From an uncultured Gemmatimonadales bacterium (GTDB lineage Bacteria > Gemmatimonadota > Gemmatimonadetes > Longimicrobiales > Gaopeijiaceae), in NCBI GenBank assembly GCA_963823035.1, contig CAWGKG010000023.1, positions 128,001 to 192,000 of the forward strand: a stretch of DNA of 64,000 nt. Direction: 5' to 3'. This document shows, piece after piece, positions 31,170 to 42,314 of the stretch; positions within the stretch are counted from its first letter, which is position 1, and each line of letters starts with the position of its first letter. Both the position numbers and the translations under genes were made by a program. The notes under the pieces are model-generated. The model worked only from the letters and a program-made list of their open reading frames with translations, searched no databases and was not told where the DNA came from.

Positions 31170-32872
31170 TGGCCGCGCACACCCACGCCCGGGCCATGCT
31201 CCCGGCGATCGTGCTGGCGGTCGCGTTCGGCGGCCCGAGGGCAAGCGCCCAGACGGTGGTCCCCGAGATCCGCGTCGACTCGGTCTTCGCGGACGTGGAC
31301 ACCCCCACCACGCCGGGCTGCGCCCTGTCGGTCGTGCGCGACGGCGCGCCGATCTACGAGCGCGGCTACGGGATGGCCAACCTCGAGTACGGCATCCCCA
31401 TCACACCGCACTCCGTCTTCCACGTGGCGTCGGTGTCGAAGGAGTTCACCGCCATGGCGGTGGAGCTGCTCGTGAACGAGGGGAAGGTCTCGTGGGACGA
31501 CGACATCCGGAAGTACGTCCCGGAGGTCCCCGACTTCGGCACGCCGATCAAGCTGCGCCACCTCGTCCATCACGTGAGCGGCATCCGCGACCAGTGGAAC
31601 CTCCTGTCCATGGCCGGATGGCGGTGGGAGGCCGACGTGGTCACGGAGGGCGACGTGCTCGACATCACCTCGCGCCAGACCGCCCTCAACTTCCCTCCCG
31701 GCGAGCGCTACCTGTACTCGAACACCGGCTTCACCCTCCTGGCCGTGGTGGTGGAGCGCGTCTCCGGGAAGAGCCTGCGCGCGTTCACGCAGGAGCGGAT
31801 CTTCGGCCCGCTCGGGATGGACGAGACGCACTTCCACGACGACCACGAGATGATCGTGCGCAACCGAGCGTGGGCGTACGCGCCCGACCCGGGCGGGCTG
31901 TACGGCCTCAAGAACTCGATCCCCGACTTCGACGTGGTGGGCGCCACCAGCTTGTTCACCACGGTGCACGACATGGCGGCGTGGGACCACAACTTCATCA
32001 CCGCGAGGGTCGGCGGGCCGACGGCGCTCGCGCGGATGCATGCGCGGTTCGTACTGAACTCCGGAGACACGATCGCCTACATGCACGGGCTCTCCGCGGG
32101 GCAGTACCGCGGACTGCGCACGGTGAGCCACAGCGGTGCCGACGCCGGCTACCGGAGTGTCTTCCTCCGCTTCCCCGAGCAGCGCCTCACGGTGGTGACG
32201 CTGTGCAACTTCCCCTCCGCGGACCCGGCGGGTCGCGCCTACCGCGTCGCGGACGTCTACCTCGGCGACTTGATGGAGCCGCGCGCGGAGGCGGGCGGCA
32301 CCCGCGCGGCGGACGAGAAGACGGTGCCGATGAGCGCGGCGGCGCTCCGCGCGCTGGCCGGCGCATACCGCGGGGAGCTCCCCGGCCAGGTGATCGGGAT
32401 CCGCCTCGACGGCGACACGCTGCGCGCCGGGTTCGACGGCGGGCCGACGCTACGGCCGCTCGGGAACGACCGCTTCGAGGTGGTGGGGCCGGGCGTGGTG
32501 GTTACGCTGCGCCCCGGCGCGAACGGCGCCGCCGCGACGCTCGAGATCCCCGGCCAGGGGACGTCCACCCGGGTCGAGGCGTGGCAGCCCTCCGACGCGG
32601 AGCTGCGCGCGTTCCAGGGCGTGTACGTCTCGGACGAGCTGGGTACCGACTACCGCGTCGCGCTCGAGGACGGGGGGCTGGTGGTCCACCACCGCAAGCT
32701 CGGGGACCGGTCGCTCACCCCCACCTTCGAGGACGCCTTCCTCCTGGACGGTGCTTCCGCGGTGTTCACACGGGACGCGGCCGGCGCCGTGGACGGGTTC
32801 GGCCTGTCGGACGGGCGCGTGTGGAACGTCCGCTTCCGGCGCGTCCACGAAGAACGAGGGGGCGCTCGCTGA
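31166..32872 (+). CDS. Serine hydrolase, beta-lactamase class C/PBP-like family, with C-terminal extension
   Basis: SVSK (SxxK), YSN and HSG motifs; signal peptide; ATGA overlap with the upstream gene. Confidence 0.9.
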   Translation: MMAAHTHARAMLPAIVLAVAFGGPRASAQTVVPEIRVDSVFADVDTPTTPGCALSVVRDGAPIYERGYGMANLEYGIPITPHSVFHVASVSKEFTAMAVELLVNEGKVSWDDDIRKYVPEVPDFGTPIKLRHLVHHVSGIRDQWNLLSMAGWRWEADVVTEGDVLDITSRQTALNFPPGERYLYSNTGFTLLAVVVERVSGKSLRAFTQERIFGPLGMDETHFHDDHEMIVRNRAWAYAPDPGGLYGLKNSIPDFDVVGATSLFTTVHDMAAWDHNFITARVGGPTALARMHARFVLNSGDTIAYMHGLSAGQYRGLRTVSHSGADAGYRSVFLRFPEQRLTVVTLCNFPSADPAGRAYRVADVYLGDLMEPRAEAGGTRAADEKTVPMSAAALRALAGAYRGELPGQVIGIRLDGDTLRAGFDGGPTLRPLGNDRFEVVGPGVVVTLRPGANGAAATLEIPGQGTSTRVEAWQPSDAELRAFQGVYVSDELGTDYRVALEDGGLVVHHRKLGDRSLTPTFEDAFLLDGASAVFTRDAAGAVDGFGLSDGRVWNVRFRRVHEERGGAR

Positions 32873-32912
32873 CCGTTCGTCCGCGGCGCCCGCGGGCGGT
32901 TTCCCAAGGGCC

Positions 32913-32960
32913 TTGACCACGAAAGCTAATATTATTAGCCTTGTGGCTAGATACATGAGC
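32913..32960 (+). promoter_or_regulatory. sigma70 promoter overlapped by two probable TetR operators
   Basis: TTGACC-17 nt-TAGCCT (32913-32941); palindrome GCTAATATTATTAGC (32925-32939) and related GCTAGATACATGAGC (32946-32960). Confidence 0.75.
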
Positions 32961-32972
32961 CAGGAGACGACG

Positions 32973-33845
32973 ATGACACGCAAGAGTGCCGCAGACCCGA
33001 CGCCCGGAACGCCCCACAGGACCTCGCCGGACGAGGGGCGCACCCGATACCTGGACCGCCCCGGAGGCCGCATCGCCTGGGACGTCGCCGGCTCGGGTCC
33101 CCTCGTCGTGGCGGTGCCGGGGATGGGAGATCTGCGTTCGAACTTCCGCTTCCTGGCGCCCGCGCTGGTCGGCGCCGGCTACCAGGTGGCGACGATGGAC
33201 CTGAGAGGGCATGGCGAGAGCGACGCGACCTTCGAAACGTACGACGACGTGGCGGCGGGCTCGGACATCCTCGCGCTCGTCGAGCACCTGGGGGGCCCGG
33301 CGGTCCTGGTCGGCAACTCGATGGGCGCGGGCGCGGCGGTGTGGGCGGCGGCAGAGGACCCCACCGCCGTGAGCGGCCTGGTCCTCCTCGGACCGTTCGT
33401 CCGCAACGCGCCGGTCGGCCCCATCAAGACCCTCCTCTTCCGCCTCGCGATGATGCGGCCGTGGGGACGGAAGGTCTGGGACGCCTACATCCCGAGCCTC
33501 TACCCGGGGCGGCCGCCGGCCGATCTCGACCAGCACCGGGCCCGCATCCGCGAGAGCCTGCGCGGCCCCGACCGCTGGGCGGCCTTCTCCGCGACCACGC
33601 ACACCTCGCACGAGCCCGCGGCGGCGCGCCTCGCGGAGGTGCGGGCTCCCGCGCTCGTGGTGATGGGCGAGGCCGATCCGGACTTCCCCGATCCGGTGGC
33701 GGAGGCGCGCTGGGTGTCCGAGCGGGTGGGGGGCGCCGAGTCCCTCCTTGTCCCGCAAGCGGGACACTATCCCCACGCGGAGTACCCGGAGATCGTCGGC
33801 CCGGCCGTCATCTCCTTCCTCGAGCGGGTCGCTCCCCATGCCTAG
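32973..33845 (+). CDS. Alpha/beta fold hydrolase
   Basis: DLRGHGES, GNSMG nucleophile elbow, GEAD, GHYPHAE; AGGAG RBS. Confidence 0.92.
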   Translation: MTRKSAADPTPGTPHRTSPDEGRTRYLDRPGGRIAWDVAGSGPLVVAVPGMGDLRSNFRFLAPALVGAGYQVATMDLRGHGESDATFETYDDVAAGSDILALVEHLGGPAVLVGNSMGAGAAVWAAAEDPTAVSGLVLLGPFVRNAPVGPIKTLLFRLAMMRPWGRKVWDAYIPSLYPGRPPADLDQHRARIRESLRGPDRWAAFSATTHTSHEPAAARLAEVRAPALVVMGEADPDFPDPVAEARWVSERVGGAESLLVPQAGHYPHAEYPEIVGPAVISFLERVAPHA

Positions 33846-34416
33846 GGTCGGCCTGACCCAGGAGCGCGTCGTCGATGAGGCGGCCGCCCTCGCCGACGAG
33901 GTCGGCTACGACGGGCTCACGCTCGCCCGCCTCGCCCAGCGCTGCGGGGTGCGCGTCCCGAGCCTGTACAAGCACGTCGATGGGCTCGGCGCCCTGCGCG
34001 GGCTGGTGGCCGTACGCGCCGTGCGCGAGCTGGGTGACGACCTCCGGAGCGCGGCCGTGGGGCGCGCACGTACCGACGCCCTGAGCGCCGTCGCCGCCGG
34101 GTACCGCGCCTACGCGCGCCGGTATCCGGGGCGCTACGCGGCCACGCTGCGGGCCCCGTCCTCCGACGACGAGGCCCTCGCCGTCGCCGGCGCCGCGGTC
34201 CTCGACGTCGCCTTCGCCGTTCTCGCGGGCTACGGCATCGAGGGCGACGATGCGGTGGACGCGACGCGCGTCCTGCGCAGCGCTCTCCACGGCTTCGTCT
34301 CGCTCGAGGGAGCCGGTGGATTCGGCATGCCCCACGACGTCGATCGGAGCTTCGCGCGCCTGCTCGCCGGCCTCGACGCCGCCTTCGCGAGTTGGACGCA
34401 ACCCGCCGGAGCCTGA
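33838..34416 (+). CDS. TetR family regulator with WHG-like C-terminal domain
   Basis: HTH LTLARLAQRCGVRVPSLYKH; LRSALHGFVSLE. Confidence 0.92.
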   Translation: MPRVGLTQERVVDEAAALADEVGYDGLTLARLAQRCGVRVPSLYKHVDGLGALRGLVAVRAVRELGDDLRSAAVGRARTDALSAVAAGYRAYARRYPGRYAATLRAPSSDDEALAVAGAAVLDVAFAVLAGYGIEGDDAVDATRVLRSALHGFVSLEGAGGFGMPHDVDRSFARLLAGLDAAFASWTQPAGA

Positions 34417-34476
34417 AGCGCCACCTCGGCTACGCCGAACCCGCCATCGCCACGCGGAGCACCATCGTCCCCGCGC

Positions 34477-35124
34477 TCACGGTCGGTCCCCACGGCGGTA
34501 GTCCTCGAACCGGGCGATCGCATCGGCCATCTCGGCGGCGTCGAGCAGCACGGGCTCTCCCACCTGCAACGCGCGCCAGTACACCTCGGCGAGGTGCTCC
34601 ACCTCCGCGAGCAGCGCGAGTGCCCCGTCGGGGGACGCGCCGAGCGTCACCACGCCGTGGTTGGCGAGGAGGCACGCCTGCCGCCCCTCCAGCGCCGCCA
34701 AGGCGTGCGCAGCGAGCTCGGACGAGCCGAACGGCGCATAGGGCGCGCACCGAATCGTGTCCCCGCCCGCGACGGCGACCATGTAGTGGAAGGGAGGAAG
34801 GTCGCGCCGCAGCGTGGCCAGCGTCGTGCAGAAGGTCGCGTGGGCGTGGACCACGGCGTGCGCGTCGGACCGGGCGCGGTACACCGCCGCGTGCAGCGGC
34901 CACTCCGTCGTGGGCTTCCGCCCGCCCTGAAGCACCCGGCCGTCGAGGTCGACGAGGACGAGGTCACCGTCCTCCATCTCCGAATACGGCACCGCGGAGG
35001 GCGTCACGAGCATCCCACCCGGCACGCGTGCGCTCACGTTGCCGGAGGTACCGGGAGTCAGGCCGCGACGACTCATCTCACGCGCGGCGCGCAACACCGC
35101 CTGCCGCCCGCCCTCGGCCGTCAC
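34477..35124 (-). CDS. Class II aldolase (FucA/Ald2/DrdA-like)
   Basis: [43 protein letters not shown] overlap with mtnA. Confidence 0.9.
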   Translation of the reverse strand: MTAEGGRQAVLRAAREMSRRGLTPGTSGNVSARVPGGMLVTPSAVPYSEMEDGDLVLVDLDGRVLQGGRKPTTEWPLHAAVYRARSDAHAVVHAHATFCTTLATLRRDLPPFHYMVAVAGGDTIRCAPYAPFGSSELAAHALAALEGRQACLLANHGVVTLGASPDGALALLAEVEHLAEVYWRALQVGEPVLLDAAEMADAIARFEDYRRGDRP

Positions 35125-36238
35125 GGCGCCCCTTCCGGCCCTTCGGGCCGCGCGTGCTCGGGGAAGAGGCGAGCGAGCCCCGCCGCGCTCGCCTCGGCGA
35201 TGCCACGCTCGGTGACGATCCCGGTGACGAGTCGGGCGGGCGTCACATCGAAGGCGGGGTTGGCGACCGGTGAGCCGGGCGCCACCACGCGGACCGTTCG
35301 GACCGCGCCGTCCTCCGCCTTCCCCGTGACGAGCGCGACCTCGTCGGCGGAGCGCTCCTCGATGGGAACATCGCGTCCGTCCCTCAGAGACCAGTCGATG
35401 GACGGCGAAGGCGCGGCCACGTAGAAGGGGACGCCGTTGTCCCTCGCGGCGAGCGCCTTGAGGTAGGTTCCGATCTTGTTCGCGACGTCGCCGTCGGCCG
35501 TCGTTCGGTCGGTGCCGACCAGGCAGAGATCCACACGCCCGCGCTGCATCAGGTGCCCGCCCGCGTTGTCCGTCACCACCGTGTGCGGCACGCCGTGCTG
35601 GCCCAGCTCCCACGCCGTCAGCCCCGCGCCCTGGTTGCGCGGACGGGTCTCGTCGACCCAGACGTGCACGGGAAGACCCTCGTCGTGCGCCAGATAGACG
35701 GGCGCGGTCGCCGTGCCCCAGTCGACCGTCGCGAGCCAACCGGCGTTGCAGTGCGTGAGGATCTCGACCGGCCGTCCCGGATGTTGCGCCGCCTGGGCCC
35801 GGATGAGCTCCAGGCCGTGCTCGCCGAGGCGCCGGTTGCGTACGACGTCGGCCTCGGCGATCTCGCCGGCCGCCCGATAGGCAGCTGCGGCAACGCTCCT
35901 CCGGTGGCAGCGCCGCGACGGCCGCCCGCACCCGCCCCAGCGCCCAGCGCAGGTTGATCGCCGTGGGGCGGGTGGCCAACAGCAGGTCCGTGGCCTCCGC
36001 AAGAGCACGGTCGGACGCCTCCCGCCGGAGCGCCAGGGCCAGGCCGTAGGCGGCGGTGGCGCCGATCAGCGGCGCGCCACGCACCTGCATCGTGCGGATC
36101 GCGTGCGCCGCCTCTTCCAGGGAGGCGAGGCTGGAGGAGCCGGAAGGCGTGCGGGAGGGCCGTCTGGTCCACGATGCGAAGGGACCAGCCGTCCTCGTCC
36201 AGGGAGATGCTCCGATGCGGGATGCCTTCTACCTTCAC
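35121..36238 (-). CDS. mtnA: S-methyl-5-thioribose-1-phosphate isomerase; frame breaks near 36130 and 35895
   Basis: [62 protein letters not shown]. Confidence 0.95.
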
Positions 36239-36391
36239 ACGTTCGCCTTGGCTCCGAGGTCACCGCCCCGCCCCGGCGGGGCCGGCCACAACGATCGAGC
36301 GCCCTCCGTGTCCCGCACAAGGCCGCGGACACGGGCGGCGAGGAGGAAGCGTGCTGGAACAGGGAACGATGGGCGGCCGAGGTCCGTCGGC

Positions 36392-37712
36392 ATGAGCCTC
36401 CTGATCCAGGGGGCGGACGTGGACGGTCGTGTGCGCGACATCCGTATCGACGGCGGGCGGATCGCATCGATCGGGGACGCCGGAGCGCGCCTTCCGGGCG
36501 AGGCCGCCGCCGACCGCGTGATCGACGGGCACGGGCTGCACGCCTTCCCCGGGCTGCGGAACGCGCACACGCACGCCGCGATGACGCTCTTCCGCGGTTA
36601 CGGGGACGACCTCCCGCTCATGGAATGGCTGCGCACGCGCATATGGCCGGCCGAGGCGCTCCTCACCGAGGAGGACGTGTACGACGGCACGCGCCTCGCG
36701 CTGGTCGAGATGATCCGCTCCGGCACCGTCTGGTTCAACGACATGTACTGGCACCGGGACGGCGTGGTGCGCGCCGTCGAGGAGCTCGGCCTCCGGGCGC
36801 ACGTCGGGTCGGTGTTCATCGACCACGGGGACCCGTCCGGCGTACAGGCCGGCGCGATGCGCGACACCGTCCTGCGCCAGGTGGAGGAGCGGGAGGCGCT
36901 GGGACCGCGCCTTCGCCTCGCGCTCGCCCCTCACGCCATCTACACGGTGGCGCCCGAGAGCCTGTCGTGGATCGGCGCTCTGGCCGCCGAGCACGACCTC
37001 GTGCTGCACATCCACCTGTCGGAGACGCGCGCCGAGGCCGAGGCGTGCGTGGCGGAGCACGGCGTTCGCCCGGCGTTCTTCCTCGACCGGCTCGGGCTGC
37101 TCGGTCCGAACCTGGTGGTGGCGCACGGCGTCTACCTCGACGCCGACGAGATGGGGTTGCTCGGCCGACGCGGGCGCGACCGTCGTGACCAATCCGACCG
37201 CGAACATGAAGCTGGCCACCGGAGGGATCTTCGACGTTCCGGGCGCGGTGGCTGCGGGGCTGCGCGTCGCTCTGGGCACCGACGGCGCCGGATCGAACAA
37301 CAACCTCGACATGATCGAGGAGATGAAGACGCTCGCCCTGGTGCAGAAGCACCGGGCGGCGGATCCCACGGCCCTCACCGCCCGCGACGCCCTGGCGTTG
37401 GCCACCACCGCGCCGGCCGAGGCCTTCAGTCTCGGGAGCGGGCGGATCGAGGAGGGCGCGCCGGCCGACCTCATCCTCGCGGACCTCTCCCACCCGTCCA
37501 TCCAGCCGGTGCACGACGCCGTCTCGGCGCTGGTGTACGCCGCCAACGGCCGCGCCGTGCACACGACGATCTGCGACGGGCGTGTGCTCCTGCACGACGG
37601 CGTCCTGGAGGTGGCGGACGAGGCGGAGATCGTCGCCGCGGCGGTGGCGGCGGCCCGGGCGCTCGCGGAGCGGGCCGGTGCGCGCGAGCCGGCGGCCGCA
37701 ACGCGTCGATGA
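36392..37712 (+). CDS. Amidohydrolase, MTA/SAH/5'-deoxyadenosine deaminase (MtaD-like); frame break near 37165
   Basis: NAHTHAAMTLFRGYGDDLPLMEWL...IWP, EMIRSGT, APHAIYT, HIHLSET, NMKLA, LGTDG..SNN.LD. Confidence 0.88.
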
Positions 37713-37865
37713 GGACGCGCGCCGGGCTGGCCATCGGGCGCAGAGGAATGGCCGCACCGGAGCCTTGCCGCTGCGGACGACCCTCCCCACCCTGACGGAG
37801 CCCGCCGTCGTGCCGCGCGGGTGCCTGATCCACCTGCCCCGAAACACCCGCAAGGCCCCCTGCCC

Positions 37866-38678
37866 ATGCGAGATCCGTTCATCCGGCTCCGGTCCGCCTC
37901 CCGTGCCCTCCCGCTGACTCTCCTGCTCGCCGCCCCCGTCGCGCCGGGCGGTACGGCCGTGCCACGGACCGTCCAGGACGGTCCGGGCGGCACGCGCGTG
38001 GTCGAGGTGCACGAGGGTGCCGCCGACCCGGCCGTGTCTCCCGACGGCGCGAGCGTCGCGCTCAGCGTGCTGGGGAAGATCTGGCGCGTGCCCTTCGGCG
38101 GTGGAGAGGCGACGCAGGTCACGGAGGGGGCAAGCTGGGACGGCGCTCCCGCGTGGTCGCCCGACGGCCGTTTCCTGGCGTACGCCGCCGGCCTCCCCGG
38201 GGGCACGGACTTGCGGGTCCACGACTTCGACACAGGTACCTTCGCGACGGTTCTGCACGTGGGCGGCACGATTCCCGCCCTGGCGTGGATGCCCGACGGC
38301 TCGGCGCTGTACTACGTGGACCAGCGCGGACAGTACGAGGCGCACCTCGGGCGGGCTCGCGAGAGCGTCCGCAGGATGGGACGCTTCGTGCGCAACGCCT
38401 GGGACGCCGGCGTGCCGATCCTGGCGGGCACGGACGACGGCAACCTCTTCGACGAGATGGACGACTACGCGGCCGCCGGCCTCCCGAACGCGGCCATCCT
38501 GCGTGCCGCGACGGCCAACGGCGCCCTCTGGCTCGGCCAGGAGGAGGAGTTCGGGACCCTGGAGCCAGGGCGGCGCGGAGACTTCGTCCTGGTGGACGGC
38601 GACCCGCTCGCGGAAATCTCGGATGCGCGCAAGGTGCGTCTCGTGGCCCAGGGCGGCCGCGTCGTCTTCCGGCGCTGA
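37866..38678 (+). CDS. Short chimeric protein: PD40/TolB-like repeats joined in frame to an amidohydrolase C-terminus (probable internal deletion)
   Basis: PAVSPDG, PAWSPDG, LAWMPDG, then abruptly GVPILAGTD..AATANGA..GTLEPGRRGDFVLVDGDPL. Confidence 0.7.
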   Translation: MRDPFIRLRSASRALPLTLLLAAPVAPGGTAVPRTVQDGPGGTRVVEVHEGAADPAVSPDGASVALSVLGKIWRVPFGGGEATQVTEGASWDGAPAWSPDGRFLAYAAGLPGGTDLRVHDFDTGTFATVLHVGGTIPALAWMPDGSALYYVDQRGQYEAHLGRARESVRRMGRFVRNAWDAGVPILAGTDDGNLFDEMDDYAAAGLPNAAILRAATANGALWLGQEEEFGTLEPGRRGDFVLVDGDPLAEISDARKVRLVAQGGRVVFRR

Positions 38679-38690
38679 GCTCGGGAGCGG

Positions 38691-41017
38691 TCAGGCCAAC
38701 CGCAGGGCCCCCTGCCCCTCGACGGCGGCGCGTACGGTCGCCAGGAGCACCGAGCGCGCCGTGGGCTTCTGCAGCACGTCGCACGACCCGATGTCCGCCG
38801 ACAGGTCTCCCCGGACCGCGACGGGGTGACCGGACATGAGGATCACGGGCAGATGGGGCCGCAAGGCGCGGACCTCGCGCGCCAGCGCCATCCCACCCAG
38901 CCCGGGCATGTCGTGGTCCGTGAGCAGGAGATCGAAACGCGTCGGCGCCGACCTGAACTCCGCGAGCGCCGCCGCGGGGTCGGTGTGCCCCACCACCGTG
39001 TAGCCCTCCCCCCGGAGCGTGCGCTCACCGAGGCGCACGAGCTGCGGCTCGTCGTCGACGAGGAGCACGGTGCCGGCCCCACCGAACACCTCCTCTGCGG
39101 GCGGGACCTCGTCGATCAGGTCGACCTCGACGACGGGGAGGAACACGGTGAAGGCCGTGCCGACGCCGAGCTCGCTCTCCACCTCGATCTCGCCGCCCTG
39201 TGTCATGACGATGTCGTGCACGACGGAGAGCCCCAGCCCCGTGCCGTGCCCCGGACCCTTCGTGGTGAAGAAGGGCTCGAACACACGATCCCGCGTCTCC
39301 GGGGTCATACCCTCCCCGGTGTCCCGAACGCGGATCGACACCCACCCCGTCGCCGGGTACCCCGCGACCAGCGAGGCGTCGGAGCGCTCGGGCTCGCCGC
39401 ACGGCCCGACCTCCACCACGAGGGTGCCACCCTCGCTCATGGCCTGCGCCGCGTTGGAGCAGAGGTTCATCAGGATCTGTTGGAGCTGCGTGGCGTCTGC
39501 GACCACGATCGGCGTCTCGGGGTCCGCGACGGTGTGGATGTCGACCGTCGTGGGCGTCACGGCGCGAAGGAGATCGAGCGACTGCCGGACCGCCATGCCC
39601 AGGTCCAGCGGCTTGCGCTCGGCCTGGCTCGGCCTCGAGAACGCGAGGATGCGACCGGCGAGGTCCTTGGCGCGCTGCGCGGCCTCCATGACCTGCCCCA
39701 GGTCCTCGCGGGAGCTCTCCTCGACACCCTGGTCGCCCAGGACGATCTCCGTGTAGCCGATGATGACGGCCAGGAGGTTGTTGAAGTCGTGGGCGATGCC
39801 GCCCGCGAGCGTGCCGATCGTCTCGAGCTTCTGCGCCTGGAAGAGCTGTGCGACCAGGGCACGCTCGTGCTCCTGCGCCTCTTCCCGTTGGAGGATCTCC
39901 TTGCTGAGGCGCTCGTTCGCCTCGGTCAGGCGCGCGGTCCGCTCGCGCACCCGGTCCTCCATCTCGTCGCGCGCGTCCTCGAGCGCCCGGTTGAACGCGG
40001 CCTGTTCCGTCACGTCGTGGATGACCAGGGCGCTTCCCATCGGCGCCGGGGCGGTCGCGTCGAGCGCCACGCGCGTGCAGGCATAGGTCCGTGGTCCGTC
40101 CGGCGTCTCGACGACGTGCTCCATCGTGACGTCCAGGTTGGCCTTGAGCATGGACCGGAGCGGCCCCAGAACGTACGCCACGTCCTGCCCCATGGCCCCG
40201 GCCTGCGACACGCCCAGCACGCTGGCCGCCACGCCGTTCAGGTCGGTGACGCGTCCCTCCAGGTCCACCACGACCACGCCGTCGGAGATGATGTCCAGGA
40301 CCAGGTCCCGGGCCACGGGCGCCATGGTCAGGAAGCGCGGGTTGAGCGCAGCCACGCCCAGCGTCAGGCCTGAGATCGCGAAGAGGAAGACCGTCGGGTC
40401 GAGCGGCATGCAGGGGCGAGATCCCGACGATGTGCAGGATGTTGCCCACGAACGGCGCGGACGCGCCCACGCCGATGAGGATGCTCTGTCGGCGCCAGAG
40501 ACCCTTGCGATGGAACGCGCTGTCGACGATGAGCCCGAGCGCGGTCAGGAGGAGGAGGTACGAATACGCGACGTTGATCCAGAAGAAGGTCCCGTACTCC
40601 ACGTGCAGGAGCGACCACCCGTCGCCCTGCACGACGCCGATCTCACGCCAGATCAGGTGGTGCCGCTCGTTGGTCCACGCGAGGAGCATGGTGACGACGG
40701 GGAGCACGTGGGCGAGGACGACGAAGCGGGGTCGCCGCCAACCCCAGCGGCCCGTATACGTCAACGCGAGCCCCAGCATGCTGACGGGCACCAACGGGAT
40801 GGCCAGGTACTGCACCTTGGCGGCCAGCACCATGGTGGGGAGCGAGTCCGAGCCCAGCTCCCACATGTAGGCCAGCGTCCACAGGAGGACGCGCCGACGT
40901 CAGGGCGAGGTAGGGCCGCGCCGCGGCCGAGCGTCGCCGACGCCAACCCATGACAAAGAGCGCCACACCGAGCAGCGCGACGATGCCGAGCAACGACATC
41001 GACCGGGCCATCGTCAT
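38691..41017 (-). CDS. Hybrid sensor histidine kinase (7TM, PAS, HisKA, HATPase, REC); frame breaks near 40890 and 40415
   Basis: AGGIAHDFNNLL, NLCSNA, DTGEG, FEPFFTTK..GTGLGL, LLVDDE, TDHDMP; N-terminal LAWTN..H.LIW membrane domain. Confidence 0.92.
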
Positions 41018-41262
41018 CACGACCTCCGTCGTCTCCACTCGGGGAACGGACTCTGCGGACACCGAAATCGTCACGCGGGGAGGCGCGCTTCGAGAACCTG
41101 TCTCCCAGTATCGGCACGTGGGGACGTTCTCCGAAGCGCGAGGATCGTCGCCCGCTTGCGGCGGGAGGACGCCGTCCATCCGGCACCCCGACGCCGGGAA
41201 CGCCGCGCCGAAGCGGCGTGTATGGCGAGGCTGGAAGCGACTCCTTCCGCCGCCGACGCCCC

Positions 41263-42231
41263 ATGCCCCGTGGTCTCGTTCCCCTCCTCTGGATCCTGAC
41301 GACCGCCTCGGCGGTCGCCGCGCCGCACGACGGTGCGCCCCCGGCGACGGCGTGGCTCGTGGCCGCGGACAGCTTCGGCCTCCTCCGCCCCGCCCCGCGC
41401 CCGCTCCCCTTCTTCTACGACCTCTACACCTTCCGGGGTGACGAGCAGCGCACGGCCGTGATCGCCGCGTTCGCAGTGCCCACGGGCGGGCTCGAGCGCG
41501 AGGAGGAGGGCGACGAAGTGCGGTACCGCTTCGACGTGACGCTGGTCCTCGCGGACACGGCGACGCGCGCCGTATACCGCACGGACGACACCGTCTTCGT
41601 GAGCGTGCCCCGGCCGCTCGCCGGCGAGCACCTGCTGGCGACGCACATCCAGGTGCTGGCGCCTCCCTCACGCAGCACGCTGCAGCGCGTGATCATGAAC
41701 GACGAGACCACGCCCGGCATCGGGCAGCTCTATACCTCGGCCTTCCCGATCCCCGACTACAGCGGCACCCGCCTCATGCTGAGCGACATCGCCATGGGGC
41801 TGCCCGACGCCCAGGCCGGGTGGATGCGCGGAGACGTCCGTCTGGCCCTCCTCCCCACGAGCCAGTTCCCGCAGGGCTCCTTCGACCTCTACTACGAGGT
41901 CTACAACCTGCCGCGCGGGAACCGATACGTCACCGAGATCACGATCGAGCCGGTGGACGAGTCCGGCGTTCCGGAGCCCGAGGCGGGCAGCGCCGTGCGC
42001 ACGACGTTCACCGCGGAGGCCGCGACCCTCCCCGACGCCTCGCTGGCCGAGCTGCGACGCGTCGACGCCACCCTCGACCGGGGTCGGTACCGGCTCACCG
42101 TAGCCGTCACCGATCAGGAGACGGGCGCGAGCGCCCGACGCTCCAGGCTCTTCCACGTGCAGGGGTGGGGGCCGGGCACGACGCTGGTTCCCGCCCTGCC
42201 GCGACGGAGCAAGGCGACCACGGGCTCCTAG
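41263..42231 (+). CDS. Secreted hypothetical protein with two beta-sandwich-like domains
   Basis: Signal peptide; IPDYSG..LMLSDI, LYYEVYNL and L..GRYRLTVAVTD recall the accessory domains of GWxTD proteins. Confidence 0.65.
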   Translation: MPRGLVPLLWILTTASAVAAPHDGAPPATAWLVAADSFGLLRPAPRPLPFFYDLYTFRGDEQRTAVIAAFAVPTGGLEREEEGDEVRYRFDVTLVLADTATRAVYRTDDTVFVSVPRPLAGEHLLATHIQVLAPPSRSTLQRVIMNDETTPGIGQLYTSAFPIPDYSGTRLMLSDIAMGLPDAQAGWMRGDVRLALLPTSQFPQGSFDLYYEVYNLPRGNRYVTEITIEPVDESGVPEPEAGSAVRTTFTAEAATLPDASLAELRRVDATLDRGRYRLTVAVTDQETGASARRSRLFHVQGWGPGTTLVPALPRRSKATTGS

Positions 42232-42314
42232 GGAAGGCGTCGGCCGGGCTTGCGTCGACTCCCCCGGCATCGTCGGTTGGGCTACGCTCGCCCCACTCCA
42301 GCGCGGAGCCCGTC

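Noticed and set aside
31166..32872. Antibiotic-resistance beta-lactamase
   Set aside because: SxxK/YxN/HxG with a long C-terminal extension fits the broad peptidase/esterase family; there is no mobile context.
34477..35124. mtnB or fucA gene symbol
   Set aside because: It looks FucA/Ald2-like, there are no fucose genes nearby, and the substrate cannot be fixed from sequence alone.
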